Virus record (IMG/VR): IMGVR_UViG_3300024344_002536
Span: 1 to 36,068 of that record
DNA length: 36,068 nucleotides
Reading direction: 5' to 3' (one strand)
From: a virus
Taxonomy: Duplodnaviria > Caudoviricetes
Below the pieces are notes generated by a model. It ran no database searches. It was not told the DNA's origin and saw only the letters and a program-made list of their open reading frames with translations. Positions 1 through 8,927 of the stretch are shown here, in pieces. Positions within the stretch are counted from its first letter, which is position 1. Each line of letters starts with the position of its first letter. The translations under genes and the position numbers were made by a program.

Positions 1-195
1 ACAGGCAGACGCGAAAGCTCTAGAGCCTTCACAGAAAAGCAGCTAGCAGATATGAATATTTTTTACGATCAGCTTATAATGGGTGTCGGAGGAGGAGAGA
101 GACACCTAATTAACGACAGAAAGCCAGATGGAGCAAAAACATCATACGCACACAATCTAGTAAGAAATAAAGGAATTAAAAATTTAAAAATATGA
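1..195 (+). CDS. 3' part of a HAD-like phosphatase (truncated by window edge), paralog of 17537..18010
   Basis: Hand translation of frame 1: TGRRESS...FYDQLIMGVGGGERHLINDRKP...AHNLVRNKG*; stop TGA 193-195 overlaps the gmd ATG; motifs align with TTAR...YDQIIFDIPSGARILVNDIKP...AINLKRNEG of 17537..18010. Confidence 0.75.
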   Translation, partial: TGRRESSRAFTEKQLADMNIFYDQLIMGVGGGERHLINDRKPDGAKTSYAHNLVRNKGIKNLKI

Positions 196-1226
196 GTAAA
201 AAAGTATTAATCACGGGTATTCTTGGTCAAGATGGCTCTAATATGACAGAGTATCTTCTCAATAATACAGACAATCTAATTTATGGAATGCAGCGCCGCT
301 CAGGGACACCTAACCTTGATAACATCAAGAGCTTTATAGCGCACGAAAGATTCTCTCTAGTGGACGGGGACTTAACAGATTGCGCTAGTATTAACGATCT
401 GGTCATGAGGATTCAGCCAGACTATCTTATCAATTTTGGAGCCAACTCTTACGTTGGGGTTAGTTGGGATACCCCTCTAAGCGTTTTTGATATAAACGCT
501 TGTGGCGTCATTCGCTGTTTAGAGGCAATCAAAAAACATAAGCCAGATTGTAGATTTTACAGCGCTGGTTCTTCTGAAGAGCTTGGCGATGTTGATTACA
601 GCCCCCAAGACCTAAAGCACCCCATTAAACCAAGAAGCCCTTATGGAGCTTCAAAAGCCGCTGCAAGACACTTAGTTAAAGTTTACAGAGAGTCTTATGA
701 TATATACGCTGTTCACTCTATCTTATTTAACCATGAAGGCCCAAGAAGAGGCAGCGAGTTCGTCACTCGAAAAATTACTAAGAAAGTTGCTGAGATTTCT
801 CAAAAAATAAAGAACGGAGAGAGCTTTGAGCCACTTAAGCTCGGCAATATTGATTCACGCAGAGATTGGAGCGACAGTAGAGATTTCATGAAAGGGGTTT
901 GGCTAATGCTTAATCAAGATCAACCCAAGGACTATGTCTTAGCTAGCGGAGAGACCCACTCAGTTAAAGATTTTGTGACTAAAGCCTTCAATGCAGCATC
1001 TATTCCCGGCCTTTGGAGTGGAGAAGGTCTAGACGCAAAGTTTAGGCTTTTTCAAGAGAATACAGTTATGGCTGAGATTGATGAGAGATGGTTTAGACCA
1101 GCAGAAGTTGACCTACTTCACGGCGACCCAACTATCGCAGAGCAGGAGCTAGGATGGAAGAGAGATATATCTTTCGAGCAGATGATCGAAGATATGGTTA
1201 AAAACGATATGAAACAATACAAGTGA
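192..1226 (+). CDS. gmd: GDP-mannose 4,6-dehydratase
   Basis: LITGILGQDGS Rossmann motif, SPYGASK (YxxxK), ILFNHEGPRRG, FVTRKIT, LGNIDSRRDW, FRPAEVDLLHGD. Confidence 0.95.
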   Translation: MSKKVLITGILGQDGSNMTEYLLNNTDNLIYGMQRRSGTPNLDNIKSFIAHERFSLVDGDLTDCASINDLVMRIQPDYLINFGANSYVGVSWDTPLSVFDINACGVIRCLEAIKKHKPDCRFYSAGSSEELGDVDYSPQDLKHPIKPRSPYGASKAAARHLVKVYRESYDIYAVHSILFNHEGPRRGSEFVTRKITKKVAEISQKIKNGESFEPLKLGNIDSRRDWSDSRDFMKGVWLMLNQDQPKDYVLASGETHSVKDFVTKAFNAASIPGLWSGEGLDAKFRLFQENTVMAEIDERWFRPAEVDLLHGDPTIAEQELGWKRDISFEQMIEDMVKNDMKQYK

Positions 1227-2116
1227 AGATAGCTCTCTGTTTACATGGTTTAGTTGGCAAAACCCGCGGCAAGGTAGACGAAAGGGCCAGTAACGAACCC
1301 CAAAATGACCCGAAAATAGCATTCAATCAATATAAACATCACTTTCTTGATAAGAATGACAGCGTTGACACTTTCTTACACATAAGAGATTTAGATTATG
1401 AGCAGAGCCTATTAGAGTTTTATAAACCCAAAAAGTACCTCTCAGAGCCTTTGGTAAAACCCGACACCGAGCACCTCCTCGTAGGTAATGCTCCAATTCA
1501 ACACCAGCGGCGATGCTCGCAATCAATGTGGAGCAGGTTCTATTCATTCCAAAAAGCAGTGGAGCAGAAGACTGCCTACGAACAAGAGCAGGGATTTAAA
1601 TATGATTTTGTTTTTGTTAGCAGATATGATCTTGCTATGTTTGAAGACTTTATTCTTTCGAACTATGATCCTAATTATTTTCATGCTCCCTTTTCTGGCT
1701 GGATGTTTTACGAGAGGGCTTTTTTCATAAAAGAGTCTATTCCAGATTTGTGGTTTTTTTCTAGCTCCGACCAAATAAATGAGTTCTCTAAGATTTATGA
1801 TGATTTAGAAAGATACTCAAAAGATCTAGCGGATAACTGCATATCTCCACATTTTGCAATTTCAAATAAACTCAGAGAGAGCGATACTAAATTAAGGTTT
1901 GTTTTGAATATGGATGTTGACTTTACTAATCACAACTCAAATAGAGTTGGTTTAACAAGATATTTACATATTGACAAATACTGGGGCTACAACAAAGAGC
2001 AGCAGATATATTTTGCTAAGCCAGAATACAAAACCAAACTAAACAAATCTGAGTACGATATGGATTGGAGTCTACACGGCTTACAAAAGTGGGATATATA
2101 CGACAACCATGAATGA
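1223..2116 (+). CDS. glycosyltransferase-like protein of viral sugar clusters
   Basis: GTG start overlapping gmd stop; KIALCLHG N-terminus, SMWSRFYS, KYDFVFVSRYD; similar layout to 33098..34144. Confidence 0.55.
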   Translation: MKIALCLHGLVGKTRGKVDERASNEPQNDPKIAFNQYKHHFLDKNDSVDTFLHIRDLDYEQSLLEFYKPKKYLSEPLVKPDTEHLLVGNAPIQHQRRCSQSMWSRFYSFQKAVEQKTAYEQEQGFKYDFVFVSRYDLAMFEDFILSNYDPNYFHAPFSGWMFYERAFFIKESIPDLWFFSSSDQINEFSKIYDDLERYSKDLADNCISPHFAISNKLRESDTKLRFVLNMDVDFTNHNSNRVGLTRYLHIDKYWGYNKEQQIYFAKPEYKTKLNKSEYDMDWSLHGLQKWDIYDNHE

Positions 2117-2828
2117 TACTTGTTTTTTATTTGATGTAGACGGGACTTTAACCGATCCCCGTCAAGAGATGAAGCCCGAGTTTTTAAACTTCTTCTATTC
2201 TTGGATGAACGACAAGAGCGTTTATTTAGTTTCTGGTAGCGATCTAGCGAAAATAAAAGAGCAAGTACCAAATAGTATTTTAAAGAAATGCCAAGGTATT
2301 TTCAGTTGCATGGGTAACGAATACTGGAAAGGAGACAACTGCGTTTACCAAAACGAACTTGAACTACCACACGAAGTAGAGGATTGGTTATCGCTACAAG
2401 TACAGGATTCCTCTTTCCCTTACAGAAAGGCTCCGCATTTTGAATATCGCACTGGCGCTTTAAACTTTAGCATAGTTGGACGCGGAGCTTCAGAGCAGCT
2501 ACGATCTTATTATTCGGTATGGGATGAAGCAAATAAAGAAAGAAAAGTCTTAGCTAATCAGTTTAATAAAAAATTTAAAAATAAATACAAAATAGAAGCT
2601 TTAATCGGAGGACAGATTTCACTTGACATTCAACCCATAGGTAATGACAAAAGCCAAGTAGTCAAACATCTAAAAGAAAAAATAATTTTATTCTTTGGTG
2701 ATAAGTGCGATAAAGGAGGCAACGATTACGCCTTAGCTCAAAAAGCTGATGCGTTTTGGCAAGTAAGTAATTGGCAAGAGACTAAAAGGATACTTAATTT
2801 ACTCGATGAAAAGAAAAAAGATAAATAA
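2109..2828 (+). CDS. HAD-superfamily (eukaryotic-type) phosphomannomutase
   Basis: FDVDGTLT, VSGSD, FEYRTGALNFSIVGR, GGQISLDI, FFGDK..GGNDY motifs of the PMM family. Confidence 0.88.
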   Translation: MNDTCFLFDVDGTLTDPRQEMKPEFLNFFYSWMNDKSVYLVSGSDLAKIKEQVPNSILKKCQGIFSCMGNEYWKGDNCVYQNELELPHEVEDWLSLQVQDSSFPYRKAPHFEYRTGALNFSIVGRGASEQLRSYYSVWDEANKERKVLANQFNKKFKNKYKIEALIGGQISLDIQPIGNDKSQVVKHLKEKIILFFGDKCDKGGNDYALAQKADAFWQVSNWQETKRILNLLDEKKKDK

Positions 2829-3168
2829 TATTTATCAGTACCTAGTTTGGAAGTTTTTGCAAAACCCAGAAAAGGTAAGCTGGCCCAAGGAGGTAAAGAT
2901 AGCAAAATCTTTAATAAAGGACTTTGGGGAGCAGATATTTAAAGACTTGGATTTTAGTGAGCTCAAACTCGAAAGCTTAGCTCAGTTCCGCACTGAAAAA
3001 TTTAAAAAATATTTATCAAAACAAAACAAGTTATCTAGCCTTGACTTTAAAAAAGAACATGCTATACTAGATAAAGAGATAGAGGTAACTAAACCAAAAG
3101 AAAAGAAACCAAAAACTTTAATTGATTTTTTAAGACATGGCAGCAAAGAAGAAGAAAAGAGTAAGTGA
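2806..3168 (+). CDS. hypothetical protein
   Basis: 120-aa ORF filling the gap between PMM and recA, overlapping both. Confidence 0.65.
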   Translation: MKRKKINNIYQYLVWKFLQNPEKVSWPKEVKIAKSLIKDFGEQIFKDLDFSELKLESLAQFRTEKFKKYLSKQNKLSSLDFKKEHAILDKEIEVTKPKEKKPKTLIDFLRHGSKEEEKSK

Positions 3169-4276
3169 AGATGGAGTTTTAACCTCAGCGGAACAGTTAT
3201 CATCGTTCCTTAAAACCCATAAAGAAGATCATTACAATTACGAAGAGACGGTTGAATACAAAGTTTCAACAGGGTCTTTAACTCTAGATATTGAGACAGG
3301 AGGCGGACTAGGCCCGGGGCTTCATCGCTTTTGCGGTATTAATGAGGGAGGCAAGACGTCAGAAGCACTTGAAGTGACTAGACATTTCCTTAAAATGCCA
3401 AACGCGAGAGCTGTCTATTTTAAATGCGAAGGCAGGCTTAGTCCAGAGATGAGAGAGAGGGCTGGTGTAGAATTTATAGACACAAGAGAGCCGGAAAACT
3501 GGAAAGACGGAACTTGTTTTATTTACGAGAGCAATATTTACGAGTCGGTGTTCGATATGATGAAGATGCTTATCCAATTCAACGAAGAAGATAAGAAGTA
3601 TTTATTCATACTTGATTCAGTAGATGGGCTACAAACTAAGAGCGATAGCGAAAAAGCCCTAGACGACGCAACTAAAGTTGCTGGCGGCGCTACTATCAGC
3701 TCCGTATTCATGAAGAAGGTAGCCACTGCTCTAACAAAACGAGGTCATATGGCTATTTTTATTAGTCAAGTCAGGGCAGATATTCAGATAGACCCGTATT
3801 CAAAAGCCCCTGTGAGGCAAACGTCAGCCACGGGAGGCAATGCCCTACTCCACTTTGCTAACTGGATTCTTGAGTTTGAGCCTCGTTATAAAAAAGATTA
3901 TATTCTTGAGGACGACAAGAAAGCTCCAGACAGAGTATCGAATAAGATTTTAGGTCAGTGGTCCAAAGTTACAGTCAAGAAGTCTCCTAACGAAAAAACC
4001 AATGTTGTCATTGGTTATCCAATTAAACGAGGCCGAAAAAACGGCACAAGTATTTGGAAAGAGTTAGAGATTGTAGATTTGTTATTGCAATATGAGTTTG
4101 TTTCTAAATCTGGAGCTTGGATAAAAGTCTCTGAAGAGATAGTGCAACAGTTAAAAGATAACAATATTGAAATACCTGACAAATTTCAAGGTAGGAATGG
4201 TTTATTTAATTATCTAGAGGATAATACCGAAGCTACTAATTATTTCTACAAAATGTTTAAGGAAACTTTAGCTTGA
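3137..4276 (+). CDS. recA: RecA/UvsX-family recombinase
   Basis: VSTGSLTLDI, Walker A GINEGGKT, Walker B FILDSV, IFISQVR, TGGNALLH, KSGAW. Confidence 0.9.
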   Translation: MAAKKKKRVSEDGVLTSAEQLSSFLKTHKEDHYNYEETVEYKVSTGSLTLDIETGGGLGPGLHRFCGINEGGKTSEALEVTRHFLKMPNARAVYFKCEGRLSPEMRERAGVEFIDTREPENWKDGTCFIYESNIYESVFDMMKMLIQFNEEDKKYLFILDSVDGLQTKSDSEKALDDATKVAGGATISSVFMKKVATALTKRGHMAIFISQVRADIQIDPYSKAPVRQTSATGGNALLHFANWILEFEPRYKKDYILEDDKKAPDRVSNKILGQWSKVTVKKSPNEKTNVVIGYPIKRGRKNGTSIWKELEIVDLLLQYEFVSKSGAWIKVSEEIVQQLKDNNIEIPDKFQGRNGLFNYLEDNTEATNYFYKMFKETLA

Positions 4277-4301
4277 CATGAATTCAAGCTTGTGTTAATA
4301 T
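4273..4301 (+). promoter_or_regulatory. sigma70-type promoter for the candidate ncRNA, with inverted repeat AGCTTGA-N7-TCAAGCT (4270-4290)
   Basis: TTGACA-17bp-TAATAT with extended TG. Confidence 0.7.
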
Positions 4302-4306
4302 AAAAG

Positions 4307-4516
4307 AACGTTAGCAAGAATTTCCTCTCTCGACGGAGAGAGGCGGTGTGACGGAACAATCTCTCCCAAGGAGGTAACGTAGCACCTGCGGAAGTACCGA
4401 CGGCCAAGTGGCAGAGGGAAAACGTGGATGAGTCCGAAGTAGGTAGATCTGAAACATTTGTTTCTCGGGTACCGAAAAGGTGTTGGTAAACAAATAATCC
4501 AACCACCATTTTTTTT
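4307..4516 (+). ncRNA. candidate structured non-coding RNA (~200 nt), family not recognised
   Basis: Intergenic, ~50% GC by hand count in an AT-rich genome, upstream promoter, several helices, 3' hairpin plus T8, no + strand ORF in the track. Confidence 0.7.
4479..4516 (+). terminator. 3' hairpin plus T8 ending the candidate ncRNA
   Basis: GGTGTTGG (4479-4486) pairs with CCAAcCACC (4499-4507), followed by ATTTTTTTT. Confidence 0.5.
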
Positions 4517-4523
4517 AATTTAG

Positions 4524-4745
4524 ATGAAGACGAAACACGCTCAAAGAAAAGCAGAGAAGCAGAAGCTGAGAAAAACTCGCAGCGTCAAGCAAGGTATTGT
4601 TAATAGCCGAGACATGGTAGTGCGCGGGCTAAAGCAAGAGATTCGAAGGGACTTCAAAAGGTTTAAAAGGAATCACGCTGCCGATTCAGACCTTATTTCT
4701 TACATCAAAAAACTAGAGTCTCAGGTCACCCAAGTCATGTCGTGA
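4524..4745 (+). CDS. small basic hypothetical protein
   Basis: 73 aa, K/R-rich; stop overlaps next GTG start. Confidence 0.65.
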   Translation: MKTKHAQRKAEKQKLRKTRSVKQGIVNSRDMVVRGLKQEIRRDFKRFKRNHAADSDLISYIKKLESQVTQVMS

Positions 4746-5158
4746 GGCTTTATAATATATATGGACGCCTAGAGAATAGGGGTGTCAATAAATATTTAAT
4801 AAAATGGGACGGGAAAAGCAGATCAAAGCTTCAATTTGATGTTAAGCAGTTTTTAAAAAGATATTGGAAAAGCTGCATTGTCTACGAAGAGTTCCCTGTC
4901 TATGGCAGTAGAATGAAAGTAGACATCCTCAACGCCACAAAAAAAATTGCCGTAGAAGTAAACGGAGCTCAGCATGGCAATTTTAATAAGTTTTTTCACG
5001 CAAATTCTAGAGTTAATTATCTAAAATCTATTAACAGAGACTTCAAAAAGTTAGAATGGTTGGAGCAAAACGACTATAACTTAATAGAAATAAACCACGA
5101 TGAAGTAGATTCTCTATCAAAAGAGTTTTTTAAAAATAAATTTAAAGTGGATTTATAG
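4742..5158 (+). CDS. PD-(D/E)XK endonuclease, DUF559/Vsr-like
   Basis: EEFPV...KVDILNATKKIAVEVNGAQH...RDFKKLEWLEQN..LIEI pattern. Confidence 0.75.
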   Translation: MRLYNIYGRLENRGVNKYLIKWDGKSRSKLQFDVKQFLKRYWKSCIVYEEFPVYGSRMKVDILNATKKIAVEVNGAQHGNFNKFFHANSRVNYLKSINRDFKKLEWLEQNDYNLIEINHDEVDSLSKEFFKNKFKVDL

Positions 5159-5165
5159 TGTAATT
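5157..5165 (+). promoter_or_regulatory. AGTGTAATT motif (putative phage-specific promoter)
   Basis: Identical 9-mer upstream of starts at 5172, 12956 and 16525. Confidence 0.45.
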
Positions 5166-5171
5166 AAACAT

Positions 5172-5480
5172 ATGAAGGAGTTTGAAAGATTTGACATACC
5201 ACCGGCTCTTTTAGAACAACTAAACGAATTTTCGTACGGGGGATTTCTGCTTTTCACCTTTGATAACTTAGGTTCTCCTAGATATTACGCCCAATTTGAC
5301 AACGAGTTAAATATGATGGCCTTGCAAAAAGCGTCAGAATATTGGCTAGAAGGAGTACACGACCTTAACTCAGACACAATAAAAGCTCAGCTTTGCGGAG
5401 AAGCACCACCATTACCTCCGTCAGACGACAACGAGTACAGAGAAGACGACTGGACAGACGAAGACGATTTTTCTTCTTGA
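5172..5480 (+). CDS. hypothetical protein with acidic C-terminal tail
   Basis: 102-aa ORF between nuclease and dnaB; D/E-rich tail. Confidence 0.75.
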   Translation: MKEFERFDIPPALLEQLNEFSYGGFLLFTFDNLGSPRYYAQFDNELNMMALQKASEYWLEGVHDLNSDTIKAQLCGEAPPLPPSDDNEYREDDWTDEDDFSS

Positions 5481-5505
5481 TTTTTTATTCAGTTTAGTTT
5501 ACAAT
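5477..5505 (+). promoter_or_regulatory. sigma70-type promoter upstream of dnaB
   Basis: TTGATT-17bp-TACAAT. Confidence 0.6.
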
Positions 5506-5514
5506 CGGGCTTGA

Positions 5515-6978
5515 ATGTCTAACATTTCATCTCTAAAGATAGAGCGACACGTTTTAGGAGGCTTAATAAAGCACCCAGATGTATTCTTCGATGTAGATAG
5601 GTTTATAGACTCTTCTGATTTTGTATCTAAAGAACACTATATCATCTATTCAACGATTAAGGATATATTATCGTCAGGAAAAAAACTCGACAAGACTCTG
5701 CTTGCTCATCAAATAAAAAACCTAGGAGTCTCCTTTAAAAGCGAGGTAGACATATTCAACTATATTGAAGACATATCCTTTACTCAGATTAAAAAGCCTG
5801 CTGTAATAGAAGCCTGTCAAGAATTATGTAAAATTAGAATACGAAGAGATATTGACGGCACAGCCGATAAGCTTAAAAGCTTTGTTAAAACTAACGGGCA
5901 TAAAGACGCTGACTCCATAATAAGCGAAGCCGACCAAATATATAATGAAAAGATTCAAAACTATTCTAAACTTAATGAACCAGAAGATCTTTTCGGAGGG
6001 ATAGAAGACCTTATATTAGAGAGAGCTAATGACCCTCAAGAAGAGATGGGCCTAAAGACCCCTTATAGGAGTTTTGACAGGATGTTTGGGGGCATACGCA
6101 AAGGAAATATATATGCTTGGGTCAGTAGGCCTAAACACGGAAAGTCAACTATATTATCTCACCTAGCTACTAGAATGTCAGTTATGAATAACTGTCCCGC
6201 TTTGATATTAGACACAGAAATGGCCACGGTTGATGTTCAATTCCGTATAGCTTCCTCTGCAACAGGTATACCTGTCTGGCATCTAGAGACAGGCATGTGG
6301 AAGAAAAGTGAGGAGCTTGTTAAGAAATTTAACGACAACAAAGATAAACTAAAATTAGCTCAAGAAAAAGTCAAGCATATGACTGTAGCCGGTAAACCAA
6401 TTGAAGAAATCTGCTCTATAATTAGAAGATGGTATTATTCAGAGGTAGGAAGGGGTAATGATTGTGTAGTAGTATATGACTATATCAAGCTCACCGGTGA
6501 AAAAGACATGAATAAAAAAGAGTACGAACTTATAGGAGAAAAAGTAAACTCCTTGAAAGAACTTACTCTTGAGTTAGATATACCACTATTAACAGCCTGT
6601 CAGTTAAATAGATCAGCAGAGAATGGAGTAGACGACAGCAGCGCCATCGCCCAATCTGACAGACTACAATGGTTTGCCTCTTTTGTAGCTATATTCAGAA
6701 GAAAGACTCCAGAAGAAATATCTGAAGAAGGAACTGCTTTTGGTACTCATAAGTTAATACCACTTGCTACACGTTTCCAAGGGAGAGAAGCTCAAGGCCA
6801 TCACGACTTAGTAAGAGTTCCTCAAGGTAATAGATATAAGTATGTGCCTAATTTTATAAACTATAATATAGAAAACTTCCAAGTTGTAGAGAGAGGCACG
6901 TTAGAGGATGTAATAGAAGCTGGCGCATTCCAAGCCACCATAGATGACGCAGAGCCAGAAAGAGATAATTTACTATGA
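5515..6978 (+). CDS. dnaB: replicative DNA helicase
   Basis: ERHVLGGL N-domain, Walker A SRPKHGKST, LDTEM, VVYDYI, ACQLNR. Confidence 0.93.
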   Translation: MSNISSLKIERHVLGGLIKHPDVFFDVDRFIDSSDFVSKEHYIIYSTIKDILSSGKKLDKTLLAHQIKNLGVSFKSEVDIFNYIEDISFTQIKKPAVIEACQELCKIRIRRDIDGTADKLKSFVKTNGHKDADSIISEADQIYNEKIQNYSKLNEPEDLFGGIEDLILERANDPQEEMGLKTPYRSFDRMFGGIRKGNIYAWVSRPKHGKSTILSHLATRMSVMNNCPALILDTEMATVDVQFRIASSATGIPVWHLETGMWKKSEELVKKFNDNKDKLKLAQEKVKHMTVAGKPIEEICSIIRRWYYSEVGRGNDCVVVYDYIKLTGEKDMNKKEYELIGEKVNSLKELTLELDIPLLTACQLNRSAENGVDDSSAIAQSDRLQWFASFVAIFRRKTPEEISEEGTAFGTHKLIPLATRFQGREAQGHHDLVRVPQGNRYKYVPNFINYNIENFQVVERGTLEDVIEAGAFQATIDDAEPERDNLL

Positions 6979-7919
6979 ACGAAATAGATTCAGATCGAAT
7001 AAGAGAGATACTAACAGACATCGGTTATAGCTTAAGCGACCAAGGTAAGTATTTTAGAACTAAACCTTTATACAGAGACTCTAGTAGCTCGACTGTATTA
7101 AGCATAAGGAAGTCTGATGGAGTATGGAAAGATTTTAGAGAAGACATAGGAGGCACTCTTGAAGATTTGATTAGACTAACTTTAAGACTAAAGTCGAAGT
7201 CCGACACTACCAAGTGGCTAGCCAACAAAGGCTTAGAAGGAGATTTGATTCCCAAAACTTTAGAAGTAAGAGTCGATCAGACTAAAATATTTAAAAATGA
7301 ATTACTCTATAAGCTAGAAAAAAATCACAGCTATTGGGAAAGAAGAGGCATATCAAGTGATACGTTAGATCTATTTAACGGAGGAGTCATGTTTACCGGG
7401 AAGATGGCTTACAGATACGTTTTCCCTATTTACAACAACAAGCAACAGATAATAGGTTTTGCTGGTAGAGATATAAATCCAGACCAAGGAGAAAGCGCTA
7501 AGTATTTCAGACCTAAATGGAAGTTGATCGGAGATAAATCCAAGTGGAGGTTTCCGCTAGCCGTCAATCATCAATTTATAAGAGAGTCTGGTCAAGCTAT
7601 CTTGGTTGAAAGCATTGGAGACATGCTATCTTTATGGGAGCATGGCATAAAAAATTGCATCGTTACTTTCGGGGTCAGTCTATCACCAGACACTCTCAGC
7701 CTACTAACGAGACTAGACCCAGATAAAATATTTTTATCCTTTAATAATGACTCTTCAAATAACGGAGCAGGAAATAAAGGGGCTTATCAAGCAAGAAAAA
7801 AACTATTGGAATTCTTTGATGAAGATCAGATAACAATAAAGTTACCAAATAAACATAACGACTTTAATGAGATGCATCTCAAAGAACCCTCTCTTTTAAA
7901 AAACTTTTTTAATGTCTAA
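6975..7919 (+). CDS. dnaG: DNA primase (TOPRIM)
   Basis: YVFPIYN..IIGFAGR, ILVESIGD, KHNDFNE; follows dnaB. Confidence 0.85.
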   Translation: MNEIDSDRIREILTDIGYSLSDQGKYFRTKPLYRDSSSSTVLSIRKSDGVWKDFREDIGGTLEDLIRLTLRLKSKSDTTKWLANKGLEGDLIPKTLEVRVDQTKIFKNELLYKLEKNHSYWERRGISSDTLDLFNGGVMFTGKMAYRYVFPIYNNKQQIIGFAGRDINPDQGESAKYFRPKWKLIGDKSKWRFPLAVNHQFIRESGQAILVESIGDMLSLWEHGIKNCIVTFGVSLSPDTLSLLTRLDPDKIFLSFNNDSSNNGAGNKGAYQARKKLLEFFDEDQITIKLPNKHNDFNEMHLKEPSLLKNFFNV

Positions 7920-8886
7920 AAATGATAAAGTACGTCTTAGCGCAAGCAAGATTAAAACACTAGATACGTGTAGTTGGCTATTCTACTCTAAGTATTTTCT
8001 TAAGATTCCCGACACCACAAACGACGGGGCATCTAGAGGCACTATTGTTCACTTAATATTTGAACTTTTGCTAAACCCAAAGCACAAGAAGAAATATTTC
8101 GATAAACTTAAGAAGAATCCTACTGCTATACTAAGATGCAAACCAGTAAATAGATTACTAAACAAACACGCTAAACTCCTAAATGTAGATGATAAAGATA
8201 ATTTATCTCTAATGTATCAAATGCTATATGTCGGGCTTAATTATAACTTCTATTGTAAAGGCAGCAAAGACTTAAAGCCAGAAGAACATTTTGAAATAGA
8301 AGGGGAGAACTTCATTATTAACGGCTTCATTGATAAAAAAGCTTTTTATAAAAATAAAATAGATATTTGGGACTACAAGAGTAGTAAATCTAAATTTAGC
8401 AAAGAAGAGATAAACGCCAATTACCAAGCTTTGATGTACTCCCTAGCAACATTTAAAAAGGATGGAGTAATACCAAATGTTAAATTTTTATTTTTAAGAT
8501 TCCCCGATAGTCCAGAGCAAGCTGCCCCAAAGCTTACAGAGGACGAACTAGAGGGCTTCGAGATGTTTTTAACAGAATTAGCAGAACTTCTTTCTGATTA
8601 TGACGAAGATAAGGCTCTAGAGAATCTTGCTAAGAACGGTAAGAAGTACAGATGGCTTTGTGGTAGCGACAAACCCGGAAAGTGGATATGTCCAGCAAGG
8701 AAACCCTTTGACTTCTACTCTTTAGTTAATAAAGAAACAGGAAAGGCGTATAGAAGCGCTTTTAATAAGGAAGAACTAAAAGAGACAGACACTCATGAAA
8801 TAATTGAGAGAAGCTACAAAGGCTGTCCAGCTTGGCCGACAGGAGAAAGAAGAACTAGCGGAGCCTTTGATTTCACAGATTTTTAG
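7912..8886 (+). CDS. PD-(D/E)XK exonuclease, RecB/AddB/Cas4-like
   Basis: LSASKIKT..C, RGTIVH, GFID, IWDYKS, QALMY, C-terminal cysteines. Confidence 0.82.
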   Translation: MSKNDKVRLSASKIKTLDTCSWLFYSKYFLKIPDTTNDGASRGTIVHLIFELLLNPKHKKKYFDKLKKNPTAILRCKPVNRLLNKHAKLLNVDDKDNLSLMYQMLYVGLNYNFYCKGSKDLKPEEHFEIEGENFIINGFIDKKAFYKNKIDIWDYKSSKSKFSKEEINANYQALMYSLATFKKDGVIPNVKFLFLRFPDSPEQAAPKLTEDELEGFEMFLTELAELLSDYDEDKALENLAKNGKKYRWLCGSDKPGKWICPARKPFDFYSLVNKETGKAYRSAFNKEELKETDTHEIIERSYKGCPAWPTGERRTSGAFDFTDF

Positions 8887-8887
8887 C

Positions 8888-8916
8888 TTGACTTTTAGTT
8901 CAGTATAATGTAGTAT
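8888..8916 (+). promoter_or_regulatory. sigma70-type promoter upstream of the polymerase genes
   Basis: TTGACT-17bp-TAGTAT. Confidence 0.6.
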
Positions 8917-8927
8917 TGGGCTACAGG

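Noticed and set aside
4424-4456. GGATGAGTCCGAAG...GAAAC resembling a hammerhead ribozyme core
   Set aside because: Core needs CUGANGA; this reads GGAUGA, and no stem II closes before GAAA
4342-4508. Assignment of the ncRNA as RNase P, SRP or tmRNA (GAGGGAAAAC, GGAGGTAACG, terminal CCACCA)
   Set aside because: No GAGGAAAGUCC/P4 partner, no SRP domain IV motif, no T-arm or acceptor stem; terminal CACC is paired in a local hairpin
4246-4509. Minus-strand ORFs (87 aa, 63 aa) over the ncRNA
   Set aside because: No recognisable motifs, opposite to all other genes; promoter and terminator point to + strand transcription
7912-8886. Cas4-like nuclease as evidence for CRISPR-Cas
   Set aside because: No repeat-spacer array or other cas genes seen; stand-alone RecB/Cas4-like nucleases are usual in phage replication modules
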